Assembly: GCA_963422365.1 (NCBI GenBank) | Contig: OY729426.1 | Location: 1,216,001-1,280,000 of the forward strand | Length of the DNA: 64,000 nucleotides | Source: Nitrospirales bacterium | GTDB lineage: Bacteria > Nitrospirota > Nitrospiria > Nitrospirales > UBA8639 | Direction of reading: 5' to 3' | Shown here: piece by piece, positions 19,382-29,252 of the stretch | Layout of the letters: each line of letters starts with the position of its first letter | Position numbering within the stretch: the first letter of the stretch is position 1 | Notes under the pieces: generated by a model | The model's input: only the letters and a program-made list of their open reading frames with translations | The model's database searches: none | What the model was told of the DNA's origin: nothing | Made by a program: the position numbers and the translations under genes

Positions 19382-20413
19382 ATGAAAATTGCTCTTGATG
19401 CCATGGGCGGGGATCACGGATTGGCCCCCATCGTCGAAGGTGCCATGCAAGCGTTCCAAGAGCTTGACGTCGAATTAATCCTCGTGGGTCACGAAGACCA
19501 ACTCCGAGCAGAGCTGGATCGTATCAAGTGCACGGATCCCCGTTTGACGATCCACCATGCCTCCCAAACGGTCGACATGCATGAATCTCCTGCTCAAATT
19601 GCCAGGAAAAAACGCGACTCGTCGATTTGGGTTGCGACCAATTTGGTCAAGACTGAGGAAGCCCAGGCGGTGGTGAGTGCCGGCAACACGGGCGCCACCA
19701 TGGTTTCAGCCTTTTTTCTTCTGGGAACCATAAAGGAGGTTGAGCGACCGGCAATTGCGGCAACCTTGCCGACCTTACAGGGGACGGCCATCATGCTGGA
19801 TGTCGGGGCCACGGTCGATTGTTCCGCCCAGCAATTGTATCAGTTCGCCATTATGGGCCATGAGTATGCCAAACACCTCATGGAAATCGCGCATCCTCGT
19901 GTTGGACTCCTCAGTATTGGAGAGGAAGCGACTAAAGGCAATGAAGTGACGAAAGAAGCCTTCCGTCTGCTCAAGGGAAGTTCCTTAAACTTTATTGGGA
20001 ACGTCGAAGGTCGGGATGTCTATAGCGGGACCGCTGATGTCATCGTGTGCGATGGCTTTCTGGGCAACGTGTCGCTGAAAATCTCTGAAGGTTTGGCCGA
20101 GGCCATGAAAAAAATACTGATGAGTGAGGTCATGAATGCCACGTTGGGACGCTTGGCGTTGGCCTTTGTCGCCGGACCACTCATCCGACTCAAAAGACGA
20201 ATGGATTACGCCGAATTTGGTGGAGCTCCGCTCTTGGGCGTGAATGGGGTCTGCATGATTTGCCATGGACGGTCCTCGGCGAAGGCCATTAAAAATGCCA
20301 TCAGGCGGGCAGACGCGTTAGCCAAAGGCCGACTGAACGATCTGATCCAGCGTGATATCGCTGAAAGTCTAACCTCACCGGTGGTTTCTAGCCCTCAAAT
20401 GGCCTGTGAATGA
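19382..20413 (+). CDS. plsX: Phosphate acyltransferase PlsX
   Basis: IALDAMGGD, SAGNTGA, RPAI, CDGF, GGAPLLG, HGRS. Confidence 0.97.
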   Translation: MKIALDAMGGDHGLAPIVEGAMQAFQELDVELILVGHEDQLRAELDRIKCTDPRLTIHHASQTVDMHESPAQIARKKRDSSIWVATNLVKTEEAQAVVSAGNTGATMVSAFFLLGTIKEVERPAIAATLPTLQGTAIMLDVGATVDCSAQQLYQFAIMGHEYAKHLMEIAHPRVGLLSIGEEATKGNEVTKEAFRLLKGSSLNFIGNVEGRDVYSGTADVIVCDGFLGNVSLKISEGLAEAMKKILMSEVMNATLGRLALAFVAGPLIRLKRRMDYAEFGGAPLLGVNGVCMICHGRSSAKAIKNAIRRADALAKGRLNDLIQRDIAESLTSPVVSSPQMACE

Positions 20414-21384
20414 GAAGTCGGATACTGGGGACGGGGTCCTTTGCTCCCAAACAGGTCTTGACCAATGCCGACCTCGAAAAAATCGTGGAGACGTCAGATA
20501 CTTGGATCGTGGAACGCACGGGCATTCGCGAGCGTCGTATGGCTGCCGCCGGCGAAGCCTGTTCGGACCTCGGGGTTCTTGCGGCGCAGCAGGCGTTGGC
20601 AGACGCGAACATTCAGGCCGCTCAACTTGATCTGATTTTAGTGGCCACCTGTACTGGGGATTCTCCTCTTCCTTCTACCGCATCCTTCATTCAGCATCGT
20701 CTTGGTGCCGTGAAGGCCTCGGCCTGCGATATTTCGGCGGCGTGCTGCGGGTTTGTGTATGCCCTGTCAGTGGGCGATGCCTTTGTTCGGACGGGGTATC
20801 GCTATGTCTTGGTCATCGGGTCGGAAGTGATGTCTTCCATCACGGATTGGACGGATCGTACCACCTGCGTCCTCTTTGGGGATGGAGCAGGAGCTGTTGT
20901 GCTGGGTTCCACAGAAGAAGACAGGGGCATCCTTTCACTGCATTTACACGCGGATGGTCGGTTCTCCGATTTGATTTGCGTGCCGGGCGGCGGATCGAGT
21001 ATCCCTCCTTCGGAAAGCATGGTGGCCCAACGTCTGCATTGTGTCAAAATGCGTGGCAATGAGACATTTAAGATTGCCGTCAAAACCATGGAAGAGGCCA
21101 TACAAGAGGCCATTGCGGCGCATGGGTTTGGCATTGACGACATTGATTGGTTGATTCCCCACCAAGCCAACATGCGAATTTTAAAGGCAGTGGGACAACG
21201 CGTAGGGGTGCCCCTCGACCGGATTGTGATCAACGTAGACCGGTTTGGCAATACCTCTGCCGCATCAATCCCGTTGGCATTGGATGAAGCCGTCAAAAAC
21301 GGAACAATTCAAGAGGGGAATGTCGTTGTGATGGCGGCGTTTGGGGCAGGTCTCACTTGGGCCTCTGGAGTCATGCGATGGTAG
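20410..21384 (+). CDS. fabH: Beta-ketoacyl-ACP synthase III
   Basis: AACCGF, FGDGAGA, PHQAN, GNTSAAS. Confidence 0.97.
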   Translation: MRSRILGTGSFAPKQVLTNADLEKIVETSDTWIVERTGIRERRMAAAGEACSDLGVLAAQQALADANIQAAQLDLILVATCTGDSPLPSTASFIQHRLGAVKASACDISAACCGFVYALSVGDAFVRTGYRYVLVIGSEVMSSITDWTDRTTCVLFGDGAGAVVLGSTEEDRGILSLHLHADGRFSDLICVPGGGSSIPPSESMVAQRLHCVKMRGNETFKIAVKTMEEAIQEAIAAHGFGIDDIDWLIPHQANMRILKAVGQRVGVPLDRIVINVDRFGNTSAASIPLALDEAVKNGTIQEGNVVVMAAFGAGLTWASGVMRW

Positions 21385-21396
21385 AAAGGATGAAGA

Positions 21397-22212
21397 ATGG
21401 CTACGGATGATAGACCCTTGGAAGGACAATGGGCATTAATCTTAGGAGCATCAAGCGGATTTGGCAGGGCCGTCGCCTTGGAGTTGGCAGCTCTTGGTGT
21501 GAATATTGTTGGGGTGCATTTGGACCGAAAATCCACACTCCCCAATGTGGAACGTCTTATTGAAGACATTCACGCCCGTGGCCGTGAGGCGCTCTTTTTT
21601 AATGTCAATGCGGCCGATGCGGAGAAGCGTCGGGAGGTCATCGACGCGCTTCGAGTGAAATGCCAAGCGCAAGGTGACCCGGCGACAATTCGAGTCCTGC
21701 TCCATTCCTTGGCGTTTGGAACGCTGAAACGGTTCGTCACCGAAACGCGTGCCGATGCCGTGAGTAAAGCGCAGGTCGATATGACCCTCGACGTCATGGC
21801 GAACAGTTTGGTGTATTGGGTGCAGGATTTACTCGCGGAAGGACTCATGGGAAACGGCGGAAGAATTTTTGCGATGACCAGTGCGGGAGGCGCGAGGGTG
21901 TGGCCCACCTATGGAGCGGTGTCCGCCGCGAAAGCGGCCTTAGAGTCTCATATTCGTCAGCTCACACTCGAATTAGCCCCCCTGGGGATTACGGCGAACG
22001 CGATCATGGCGGGAGTCACCGATACTCCGGCCCTACGGAAAATTCCAGGTTCCGATGAAATGCTCAATTGGGCTCAACGGAAAAATCCATCAGGCCGATT
22101 AACCACTCCCCAAGATATTGCGGACACCATCGGATTGCTGAGCCATCCGAAGTCTCATTGGTTAACCGGAAATGTGATTTGTGTTGATGGAGGAGAGTTT
22201 ATCGTTGACTAA
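21397..22212 (+). CDS. SDR oxidoreductase, probable FabL-like enoyl-ACP reductase
   Basis: GASSGFG; YGAVSAAK is the Yx6K enoyl-reductase signature; inside fab cluster. Confidence 0.8.
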   Translation: MATDDRPLEGQWALILGASSGFGRAVALELAALGVNIVGVHLDRKSTLPNVERLIEDIHARGREALFFNVNAADAEKRREVIDALRVKCQAQGDPATIRVLLHSLAFGTLKRFVTETRADAVSKAQVDMTLDVMANSLVYWVQDLLAEGLMGNGGRIFAMTSAGGARVWPTYGAVSAAKAALESHIRQLTLELAPLGITANAIMAGVTDTPALRKIPGSDEMLNWAQRKNPSGRLTTPQDIADTIGLLSHPKSHWLTGNVICVDGGEFIVD

Positions 22213-22293
22213 CCAACGCTTGGAAGCGGTTCACGCCCACAGGCATTTTTACACGTTGACTTTCTCGACGGTTTCACTCATACCTTAGTGCCT

Positions 22294-23229
22294 ATGTCTG
22301 GCTCAATCGCATTCCTCTTTCCTGGCCAAGGCTCACAAGTCGTAGGGATGGGGCGAGCGTGGTGCGAGGCGCATCCTGAACTCATGGCCTTGTTTGACGA
22401 GGCCAACTCGATTCTGGGATATGACCTTCAGACATTATGTTTTGAAGGGCCGGCGGAACAACTCAATCGAACGGAATACACCCAACTCGCGTTGTTGGTG
22501 ACGAGCCTCATCGCGTGGCGGGCCGTTGATTCACAAATCTACCCATCTGCCGTGGCAGGTCATAGTTTGGGCGAATATTCGGCCCTCGTTGCCGCCGATG
22601 GTCTGTCTTTTCCTGATGCCGTGGAGTTGGTGCGCAAACGGGCACAATACATGGCAGAGGCGGTCCCTTCAGGGAGCGGGCTTGTGGCGGCGATACTGGG
22701 GTTGGCCGGAGAGGTGGTTGAAGAAATTTGTCAGGTAGCGCAATCCGTGGGAGTCGTCGCGGCAGCCAATTTTAACGCGCCTGGCCAAGTTGTGATTGCG
22801 GGCGAAAAAGCTGCTGTTGAACGCACAATTGAATTAGCCAAATCCCAAGGGTGTCGACGAGCCGTTCCCTTACCCGTCAGCGTGCCGGTTCATTCATCTT
22901 TGATGCAACCTGCCGCGGATCGTCTGGCTCCCCACGTTCATGCGGTGTCGCTTTCCGATTTGACCGTCCCACTCTTTAATAATGCCGATGCATACCCGTT
23001 AGTCCGCGCTGAGGATGTCCGCCAGTCTTTGATTCGCCAGTTACCCTCCTCCGTGTTATGGGAGCAGACCCTTCACGCGATGTGGAAGAGTGGCATTCGG
23101 ACGTTTATTGAAATTGGTCCGGGGACGGTCTTGACCGGGCTCGCCAAACGGATTGTGCCGGAGGCGGAATTACTCAACATTCAAGATCCTGATTCTTTGG
23201 AAAAGACCTTGACGACAATACGTCATTGA
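22294..23229 (+). CDS. fabD: Malonyl-CoA:ACP transacylase
   Basis: FPGQGSQ, GHSLGEY, SVPVHS, EIGPG. Confidence 0.97.
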   Translation: MSGSIAFLFPGQGSQVVGMGRAWCEAHPELMALFDEANSILGYDLQTLCFEGPAEQLNRTEYTQLALLVTSLIAWRAVDSQIYPSAVAGHSLGEYSALVAADGLSFPDAVELVRKRAQYMAEAVPSGSGLVAAILGLAGEVVEEICQVAQSVGVVAAANFNAPGQVVIAGEKAAVERTIELAKSQGCRRAVPLPVSVPVHSSLMQPAADRLAPHVHAVSLSDLTVPLFNNADAYPLVRAEDVRQSLIRQLPSSVLWEQTLHAMWKSGIRTFIEIGPGTVLTGLAKRIVPEAELLNIQDPDSLEKTLTTIRH

Positions 23230-23270
23230 GGGTAAGACGCAGTTCCCAAAATACACAAAGCGAGGGAAGC

Positions 23271-24011
23271 GTGCTAGAAGGGAAAAAAGCCGTTGTGACG
23301 GGGGCGGCTCAAGGAATAGGGCAGGCCATTGCGGAATGTTTGGCGAAGGCTGGGGCTGACGTGGCCGTGGTTGATCTTGAGGCCGCTCGATGTGCCGACA
23401 CGGTGCAATTGGTGGAACGGCAGCAGTGTCAAGGGCTGGCGTTATCGGCCAATGTAGGGCAGTGGGAAACCGTCAAAGGGATGGTTGATCGCGTCGTAAA
23501 AGAATGGGGCCGCGTGGACGTGCTGGTCAATAATGCGGGTATTACCCGTGATGGATTGATTGTTCGTCTGAAGGAAGAAGATTGGAACGCCGTTCTTCAA
23601 GTCAATCTCACCGGGACGTTTTATTGCACCAAGGCGGTTCTGGGTCCTATGGCCAAACAGCGGTATGGCCGGATCATTAATATGTCCTCGATTGTGGGGG
23701 CTATAGGGAATGCGGGACAGGCGAACTATGCTGCGTCGAAAGCCGCGGTTCTTGGGCTCACCAAATCAGTCGCTCGGGAATATGCGAGTCGGAATATCAC
23801 GGTGAATGCGGTGGCTCCGGGTTTTATCGACACGGCGATGACCCGGACCTTGAACCAAGAAGTCAAGGACACGCTGTTGCAACAGATTCCTCTTGGTCGA
23901 TTAGGCCAACCCGCAGAGGTGGCGGCGGCTGTCCGCTTTTTGGCATCAGATGCGGCGGGGTATATCACTGGCCAAGTCTTTCACGTCAATGGCGGGATGC
24001 ATATGGCGTAA
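23271..24011 (+). CDS. fabG: 3-oxoacyl-ACP reductase
   Basis: TGAAQGIG, NNAGITRD, GQANYAASK. Confidence 0.97.
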   Translation: MLEGKKAVVTGAAQGIGQAIAECLAKAGADVAVVDLEAARCADTVQLVERQQCQGLALSANVGQWETVKGMVDRVVKEWGRVDVLVNNAGITRDGLIVRLKEEDWNAVLQVNLTGTFYCTKAVLGPMAKQRYGRIINMSSIVGAIGNAGQANYAASKAAVLGLTKSVAREYASRNITVNAVAPGFIDTAMTRTLNQEVKDTLLQQIPLGRLGQPAEVAAAVRFLASDAAGYITGQVFHVNGGMHMA

Positions 24012-24063
24012 CATGAGGAATGGCTCATTCTGAGGCATTTATTAACAGGAGGTGCGAAGGTCG

Positions 24064-24294
24064 ATGACCGTTGAAGAACGCATTAAAAAGATCATTGCAG
24101 AACAATTAGGAGTGGAAGAAGATGACGTCGTACCCGAAGCATCCTTTGTCGAGGATTTAGGGGCCGACTCCTTGGATACGGTTGAACTGGTGATGGCGCT
24201 TGAAGAAGAATTTGATGTGGAAATTCCTGATGAAGATGCGGAAAAGATTCAAAAGGTTTCCCAAGCCACTGAGTATATCAAAGAAAAAACCTGA
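24064..24294 (+). CDS. acpP: Acyl carrier protein
   Basis: [20 protein letters not shown]. Confidence 0.98.
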   Translation: MTVEERIKKIIAEQLGVEEDDVVPEASFVEDLGADSLDTVELVMALEEEFDVEIPDEDAEKIQKVSQATEYIKEKT

Positions 24295-24313
24295 GCTGTT
24301 CTGAACGGTTTTC

Positions 24314-25579
24314 ATGCCCGAGTACTCCCCCCGTCGTCGCGTTGTGATAACCGGCTTGGGAGTTGTGACTCCCTTGGGCATCGGTGTCGACAAAACCTGG
24401 CGAGCGCTTCTTGTCGGTCAGTCGGGAATTGGCCCGATCACCCGATTTGATGCGTCCGACTATTCCTGCCAAATTGCGGCTGAAGTAAAGGACTTCGATC
24501 CAGCCGATTACATCGAAAAAAAAGAAATCAAAAAAATGGATACGTTCATCCAGTATGCGATGGCGGCGAGCCAAGAGGCGGTGGATGACGCTGGATTAGA
24601 CATTACCCCCGAAACCGCTGAACGGGTTGGGGTGTATATTGGGGCGGGCATTGGTGGTCTTCCAGGCATTGAGCAGTATCACAAGGTTCTCCAGGAAAAG
24701 GGTCCCGGGCGAGTCAGTCCGTTTTTCATCCCGATGGTCATCGTGAATTTGGCCTCAGGTCAGGTCGCGATCAGGTTTGGAGCCAAGGGCCCCAATTCGT
24801 GTGCCGTGACGGCCTGTGCCACGGGGAATCACTGCATCGGAGATGCCTCCCGGATTATTCAACGTGGCGAAGCGGATGTCATGTTAGCAGGCGGAACCGA
24901 ATCGACGATTTGTCCGTTAGCCATTGCGGGATTTGGCGCGGCCAAAGCCTTATCGCGTCGGAATGATGATCCAGAACATGCGAGTCGTCCGTTTGATCGT
25001 GATCGGGATGGATTTGTGATTGGAGAAGGAGCTGGCGTGGTGGTGTTGGAAGCGTTAGAGCATGCGCAACGTCGCGGTGTCAGAATGTACGGAGAACTTG
25101 CCGGCTATGCGATGACCAGTGATGCCTTTCATATCACGGCTCCTCCGGATGACGGCGCCGGGGCTGTCGATTGTATGGAAAAAGCCCTTCGCGATGCGGG
25201 GATACCTAAAACGACCATTGGGTATGTTAATGCGCATGCGACCTCTACCTTTGCGGATAGAGTTGAAACGCAAGCCATCAAAACCGTGTTTGGAAATCAT
25301 GCCGATCAACTTCCTGTGAGCTCCACGAAATCCATGGTCGGTCATTTGTTGGGGGCTGCTGGTGGAGTCGAGGCGGTGTTTACCAGCCTGGCGCTCTATC
25401 ATGGAGTCCTGCCGCCTACGATGAATTTAGAGAATCCTGATCCCGACTGTGACCTTGATTATATTCCCGGACAAGCCCGTCCGGTCCCGGTCGAGGCCGC
25501 ACTGTCGAATGCCTTTGGCTTTGGTGGCGTGAATGCCTGCCTGGTCCTCACGTCTACACAAGGGAGGCATGAAGTTTAA
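24314..25579 (+). CDS. fabF: Beta-ketoacyl-ACP synthase II
   Basis: TACATG, NAHATST, GHLLGAAG, NAFGFGG. Confidence 0.97.
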   Translation: MPEYSPRRRVVITGLGVVTPLGIGVDKTWRALLVGQSGIGPITRFDASDYSCQIAAEVKDFDPADYIEKKEIKKMDTFIQYAMAASQEAVDDAGLDITPETAERVGVYIGAGIGGLPGIEQYHKVLQEKGPGRVSPFFIPMVIVNLASGQVAIRFGAKGPNSCAVTACATGNHCIGDASRIIQRGEADVMLAGGTESTICPLAIAGFGAAKALSRRNDDPEHASRPFDRDRDGFVIGEGAGVVVLEALEHAQRRGVRMYGELAGYAMTSDAFHITAPPDDGAGAVDCMEKALRDAGIPKTTIGYVNAHATSTFADRVETQAIKTVFGNHADQLPVSSTKSMVGHLLGAAGGVEAVFTSLALYHGVLPPTMNLENPDPDCDLDYIPGQARPVPVEAALSNAFGFGGVNACLVLTSTQGRHEV

Positions 25580-25661
25580 ATTCTCCCCTGTCAAGAATCT
25601 GCCGAATGTTCCTGTTTTCTGCCGAGTCGACGTCGTTGATGAACAGGTGTGCCGGTGGTAG
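25569..25661 (+). pseudogene. 30-aa ORF, possible EtfB N-terminal remnant
   Basis: SD AGGGAGG, MKFKFSPVKNLPNVPVF.. loosely like EtfB MKIxVxVKxVPD. Confidence 0.25.
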
Positions 25662-25758
25662 GTCAGGAAGTGCGGAATTCGCACAGGGGATCACGTGAGC
25701 GCCGGAAACAGGCATGCCACTCCGGACGCAACCGAACACCCGGGAACGGAACAAGGGC

Positions 25759-26475
25759 ATGAGTGTGTTCAACAAAGCTCAGCGGCTACTGCGGTATCAT
25801 TTTCACAAGCCGGGTTTATTGGAAGAGGCTTTGACGCATCGTTCTCATTTTCAAGGGACGCCCTCCACGACAGACAAACAGAATGAACGCCTTGAGTTTT
25901 TGGGCGATGCGGTGTTGGGGCTGATTGTGAGTGAGTATGTAGCGGAAACCTTTCCTGAGTTGGCCGAGGGGGAATTGTCACAGATACGAGCTCGACTCGT
26001 CGGACGGACGACGCTGGCAGACGCCGCTCGGCGATTGGGCCTTGGCCAATTTCTCCGATTAGGCCGGGGAGAAGAATGCACCAAAGGCAGAGAGAAGAGT
26101 TCCCTCTTAGCAAACGCATTGGAGGCCGTTATTGCGGCTATTTACTTGGACGGGGGGGTGGTGGCGGCACGAACGTTTGCGTTACAGGTGCTGGAGATCC
26201 AACTTGGAGAATTGCACCAGGATGATCTCGCGGCTTTCAGGCAAGATTATAAAAGTCAATTGCAGGAATGGTGTCAACGGCACGTTCGTGTTCTGCCGGT
26301 GTATACCGTGATTGAAGCATCAGGCCCAGATCACCAAAAAACATTTGCAGTGACTGTTGAAATTGAACAAAAATGGTACGGAAGTGGGAGGGGATGCAGT
26401 AAGAAAATTGCGGAACAGCAAGCAGCTAAACAGGCGGTCGAACAGCTCCGCCCAGACGCGATCGACGTGATTTAA
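25759..26475 (+). CDS. rnc: Ribonuclease III
   Basis: ALTHRS, NERLEFLGDAVL, dsRBD DYKSQLQE...GPDH. Confidence 0.97.
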   Translation: MSVFNKAQRLLRYHFHKPGLLEEALTHRSHFQGTPSTTDKQNERLEFLGDAVLGLIVSEYVAETFPELAEGELSQIRARLVGRTTLADAARRLGLGQFLRLGRGEECTKGREKSSLLANALEAVIAAIYLDGGVVAARTFALQVLEIQLGELHQDDLAAFRQDYKSQLQEWCQRHVRVLPVYTVIEASGPDHQKTFAVTVEIEQKWYGSGRGCSKKIAEQQAAKQAVEQLRPDAIDVI

Positions 26476-26501
26476 TATGGTATCATTTTATAAGAAAAAC
26501 A

Positions 26502-27146
26502 ATGAGGGAGGATGAAGTCATGATGGCATTGTGTGCAGTAAGGAAAATCCTGTGGGTCGTGGGAGTCGCCACTTTCCTGGCGGGAGTCGTCAACGTGGGC
26601 GGGGCATGGGCTCATCCCCACCCTTCTCCAGAAGGGAGAACCCTGATGAAAGTCGTTGCGGATGGCAAGGCGCCTCGTGCGATCATCACAACTAAATTTG
26701 GTGAAATGGAACTGGTCTTTTTCCAGGAATTGGCGCCCAAGCACGTGGAAAGTTTTTTAAATTTAGCCCAAAATGGGTTTTATAACGGGACGCTCTTTCA
26801 CCGGGTGATTCCTGGATTTATGATTCAAGGTGGTGACCCCTACACCAAAGACCCGAGTAAGCGACAGTACTATGGAACGGGAGACCCCGGGTATACCTTG
26901 CCGGCCGAGTTTAACAGGATTCCTCATGAACGGGGCATTGTATCTGCGGCCCGAAGTGCTGATCCCAATAGCGCAGGCTCTCAGTTTTTCATCATGGTGG
27001 ACAAAGCCCCAAATTTGGACGGTCAGTACACGGTGTTTGGAGAAGTCGTGAAGGGCATGGAGGTAGCCGACAAAATCGTGCGGCAACCACGAGACTCCAG
27101 AGATAATCCCCTTCAACGCATCGAAATAACCGTCGAGGTCAAATAA
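26502..27146 (+). CDS. Cyclophilin-type peptidyl-prolyl isomerase, exported
   Basis: Signal peptide; FHRVIPGFMIQGGDP, SAGSQFFI, LDGQYTVFG. Confidence 0.95.
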   Translation: MREDEVMMALCAVRKILWVVGVATFLAGVVNVGGAWAHPHPSPEGRTLMKVVADGKAPRAIITTKFGEMELVFFQELAPKHVESFLNLAQNGFYNGTLFHRVIPGFMIQGGDPYTKDPSKRQYYGTGDPGYTLPAEFNRIPHERGIVSAARSADPNSAGSQFFIMVDKAPNLDGQYTVFGEVVKGMEVADKIVRQPRDSRDNPLQRIEITVEVK

Positions 27147-27235
27147 GGCAAGGCGCCACCTTCTGGTCGGCTAAGGTTTTGTTTCTAAGGAAAGACCATG
27201 AGGCCTGTTCCTGTCTCCCGAACAGGGATGCGGTC

Positions 27236-27892
27236 CTATAGAGCCGGCTGCTCTTTCATTTTGGTGCCGCTCGGAAGGATAATGCGTCCACCTGTTGTGC
27301 CGAGCTTCGTCAGCTGTTCGGCGACCTCAGGGTGACGACTCTTGAGGAAACCGATCAGCCCATTCAGAAAACGATTGGAACGAAGCCTGTTTCCCGAAAA
27401 CTCGGTAATAAATATCAGGCCACGGTCCAGCACCTGACTTACAAGTTGGGTATCGGGTTTTTCTCCCTCCATAAAGGCGTGATATTCTTTCTTGAGGGTT
27501 TCGGTAAAGGGCGGATCCATACCTTCAGGCACGTGGATCGGACTAAATGATCGACGCAACGTCTGGATTGCCGCAATGACCTCTCCATCCTGTGCATGGC
27601 TCCGTGATTGGAAATGCTTAAACGTCACGGCTTCGAGAAAGTAAAATACCTCCGCAGCCCGGTCTCCCCATTTTTCGAGAAGTTCCTGGTAGAGGGTGCG
27701 TCGTTCCTGTTCAAACTGATCGCCGACACGTTTTTGTTGGTAATCCACATTTATATCCAGATAGACGCAATCGGAATGGCATGCGATACTGACCACGCGG
27801 TGCGTTCCACAGCATTGGCTGCAAATGGCACCGCGTAACGCCGGGCAGGGACGCTTTCCTTTTCGTTCATGGCAGTAGATGCATTTGCTCAT
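27236..27892 (-). CDS. Hypothetical protein with Cys-rich N-terminus
   Basis: CIYC..CP..CSQCC..C..C; start overlaps the upstream gene stop. Confidence 0.8.
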   Translation of the reverse strand: MSKCIYCHERKGKRPCPALRGAICSQCCGTHRVVSIACHSDCVYLDINVDYQQKRVGDQFEQERRTLYQELLEKWGDRAAEVFYFLEAVTFKHFQSRSHAQDGEVIAAIQTLRRSFSPIHVPEGMDPPFTETLKKEYHAFMEGEKPDTQLVSQVLDRGLIFITEFSGNRLRSNRFLNGLIGFLKSRHPEVAEQLTKLGTTGGRIILPSGTKMKEQPAL

Positions 27893-28971
27893 TGCTTCGC
27901 ATCTTCTTCCAACCGGCCGAAACCATAATCTGAAAGCGTCCGCTTGGGCTTTTGTTGATTTCCGGTATTGGTCGGACGTTCTAATCCATTCATCTCAGCC
28001 CCATTGGCGTACAAATAGGGAACCAGAATCATATGGTTTCGACGGTCGATTTTGACGCTAGAAGGCGAGATCAGGAACTCAGCAATGACCTGCATAGAAT
28101 GGTTCTGGTGGACCCGCCAGATTTTTCCTGCCGTCAGGTCGGAAAGGTACATGCTGCCAAATTGATCAAAGTCGATCCCGCTTAAATTCCGAAACTTGCC
28201 GAAAAAAAACGAATTGGAAATCACCTCGATAATGGTGCGATCTTCCGCGATTTCCATCACGTTCCCGTTATCGAAGCTGGTGATCCAGAGCCGGCCTGAC
28301 CGTGGGTGAACGACCAGCCCTCGCGGTGACGCCAAGTCCTCGTGTTGGAGATAGAGGGACACCGCATGATCGTGCTGAGGGTCAATCTGGTAAATCGCGT
28401 TACCGTCCGTGTCCAGGACAAAGAGTTGCCCGATGCCGTCGGCAATCAGATCCGTTAACTGTTCGACGTGAAACCGATGCAAGGGAAGGGTGATCGTGGG
28501 TTGCCCTGATTGGGCATGAAATCCTCGGATGATATTGATATCGGCAACATAGAGGGTTTCGCCGGCGACGGCCATGCCATGAGGCGAATGCAAGATCGTG
28601 TCACCTTGCCCACCTTGAATAAAGTGTAAATCCAGCAGGTTGCCATTTTGATCGAGTTTCGAGATGAACCCGTTATTATCGGATATTCCGGGTTCTCCAT
28701 TGGCATTGGCGATGAAATAGCCTTCGCCTGAAGGATGGGCGATAAAGGATTGTGGCATTTCGAGATTGGTAATGGGATGCGTCAACCCCGAATGGGGAGA
28801 CAACCCCAGCAGCAGTATCAACGTCACGGAAACCACGGGTGCAGAGAACAAGCAAGACGGGCGCTGATGAACAAAAGAGGCGGAAGCGATTGTCGAACGA
28901 AAGGATTGGGGCTGAACGTCGGAAAGCCACTTCACGCACGCATGGTACGGAACCCTGTTTGAGGGTGTCAA
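27889..28971 (-). CDS. Exported beta-propeller protein, SMP-30/NHL-like (start probably downstream of 28971)
   Basis: DNNGFISK, LHSPHGM..LYVADI, PRGL, SGIDFD..GSMYLSD. Confidence 0.75.
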   Translation of the reverse strand: MTPSNRVPYHACVKWLSDVQPQSFRSTIASASFVHQRPSCLFSAPVVSVTLILLLGLSPHSGLTHPITNLEMPQSFIAHPSGEGYFIANANGEPGISDNNGFISKLDQNGNLLDLHFIQGGQGDTILHSPHGMAVAGETLYVADINIIRGFHAQSGQPTITLPLHRFHVEQLTDLIADGIGQLFVLDTDGNAIYQIDPQHDHAVSLYLQHEDLASPRGLVVHPRSGRLWITSFDNGNVMEIAEDRTIIEVISNSFFFGKFRNLSGIDFDQFGSMYLSDLTAGKIWRVHQNHSMQVIAEFLISPSSVKIDRRNHMILVPYLYANGAEMNGLERPTNTGNQQKPKRTLSDYGFGRLEEDAKQ

Positions 28972-29177
28972 GGTCTATGGGCTGAACCACTACCTCTGTA
29001 AAACACAGGGTTCAGGCGACTTGCCGCATTTGAGTCTCTTCTCTTGGCATTTTGTCCTCCGGTGCCTAGATTTTCTTTTTACTTCGTCAAAACCAGTTTT
29101 CTCCTGGTCATCAAACATATTTTTCCGGTGAATGAGCTTGCAACAAGGAAACAGTTGGGCATGATATCTCCAACATT

Positions 29178-29196
29178 GATTATGAAAACCAAAACC
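29178..29196 (+). promoter_or_regulatory. Fur box-like operator
   Basis: GATTATGAAAACCAAAACC, 13/19 to GATAATGATAATCATTATC, upstream of TonB receptor. Confidence 0.5.
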
Positions 29197-29252
29197 ATTT
29201 TCTATAACAAAGAAGTATCCTCTAAGAAATATTAGGACATGGAGGAGGATGT

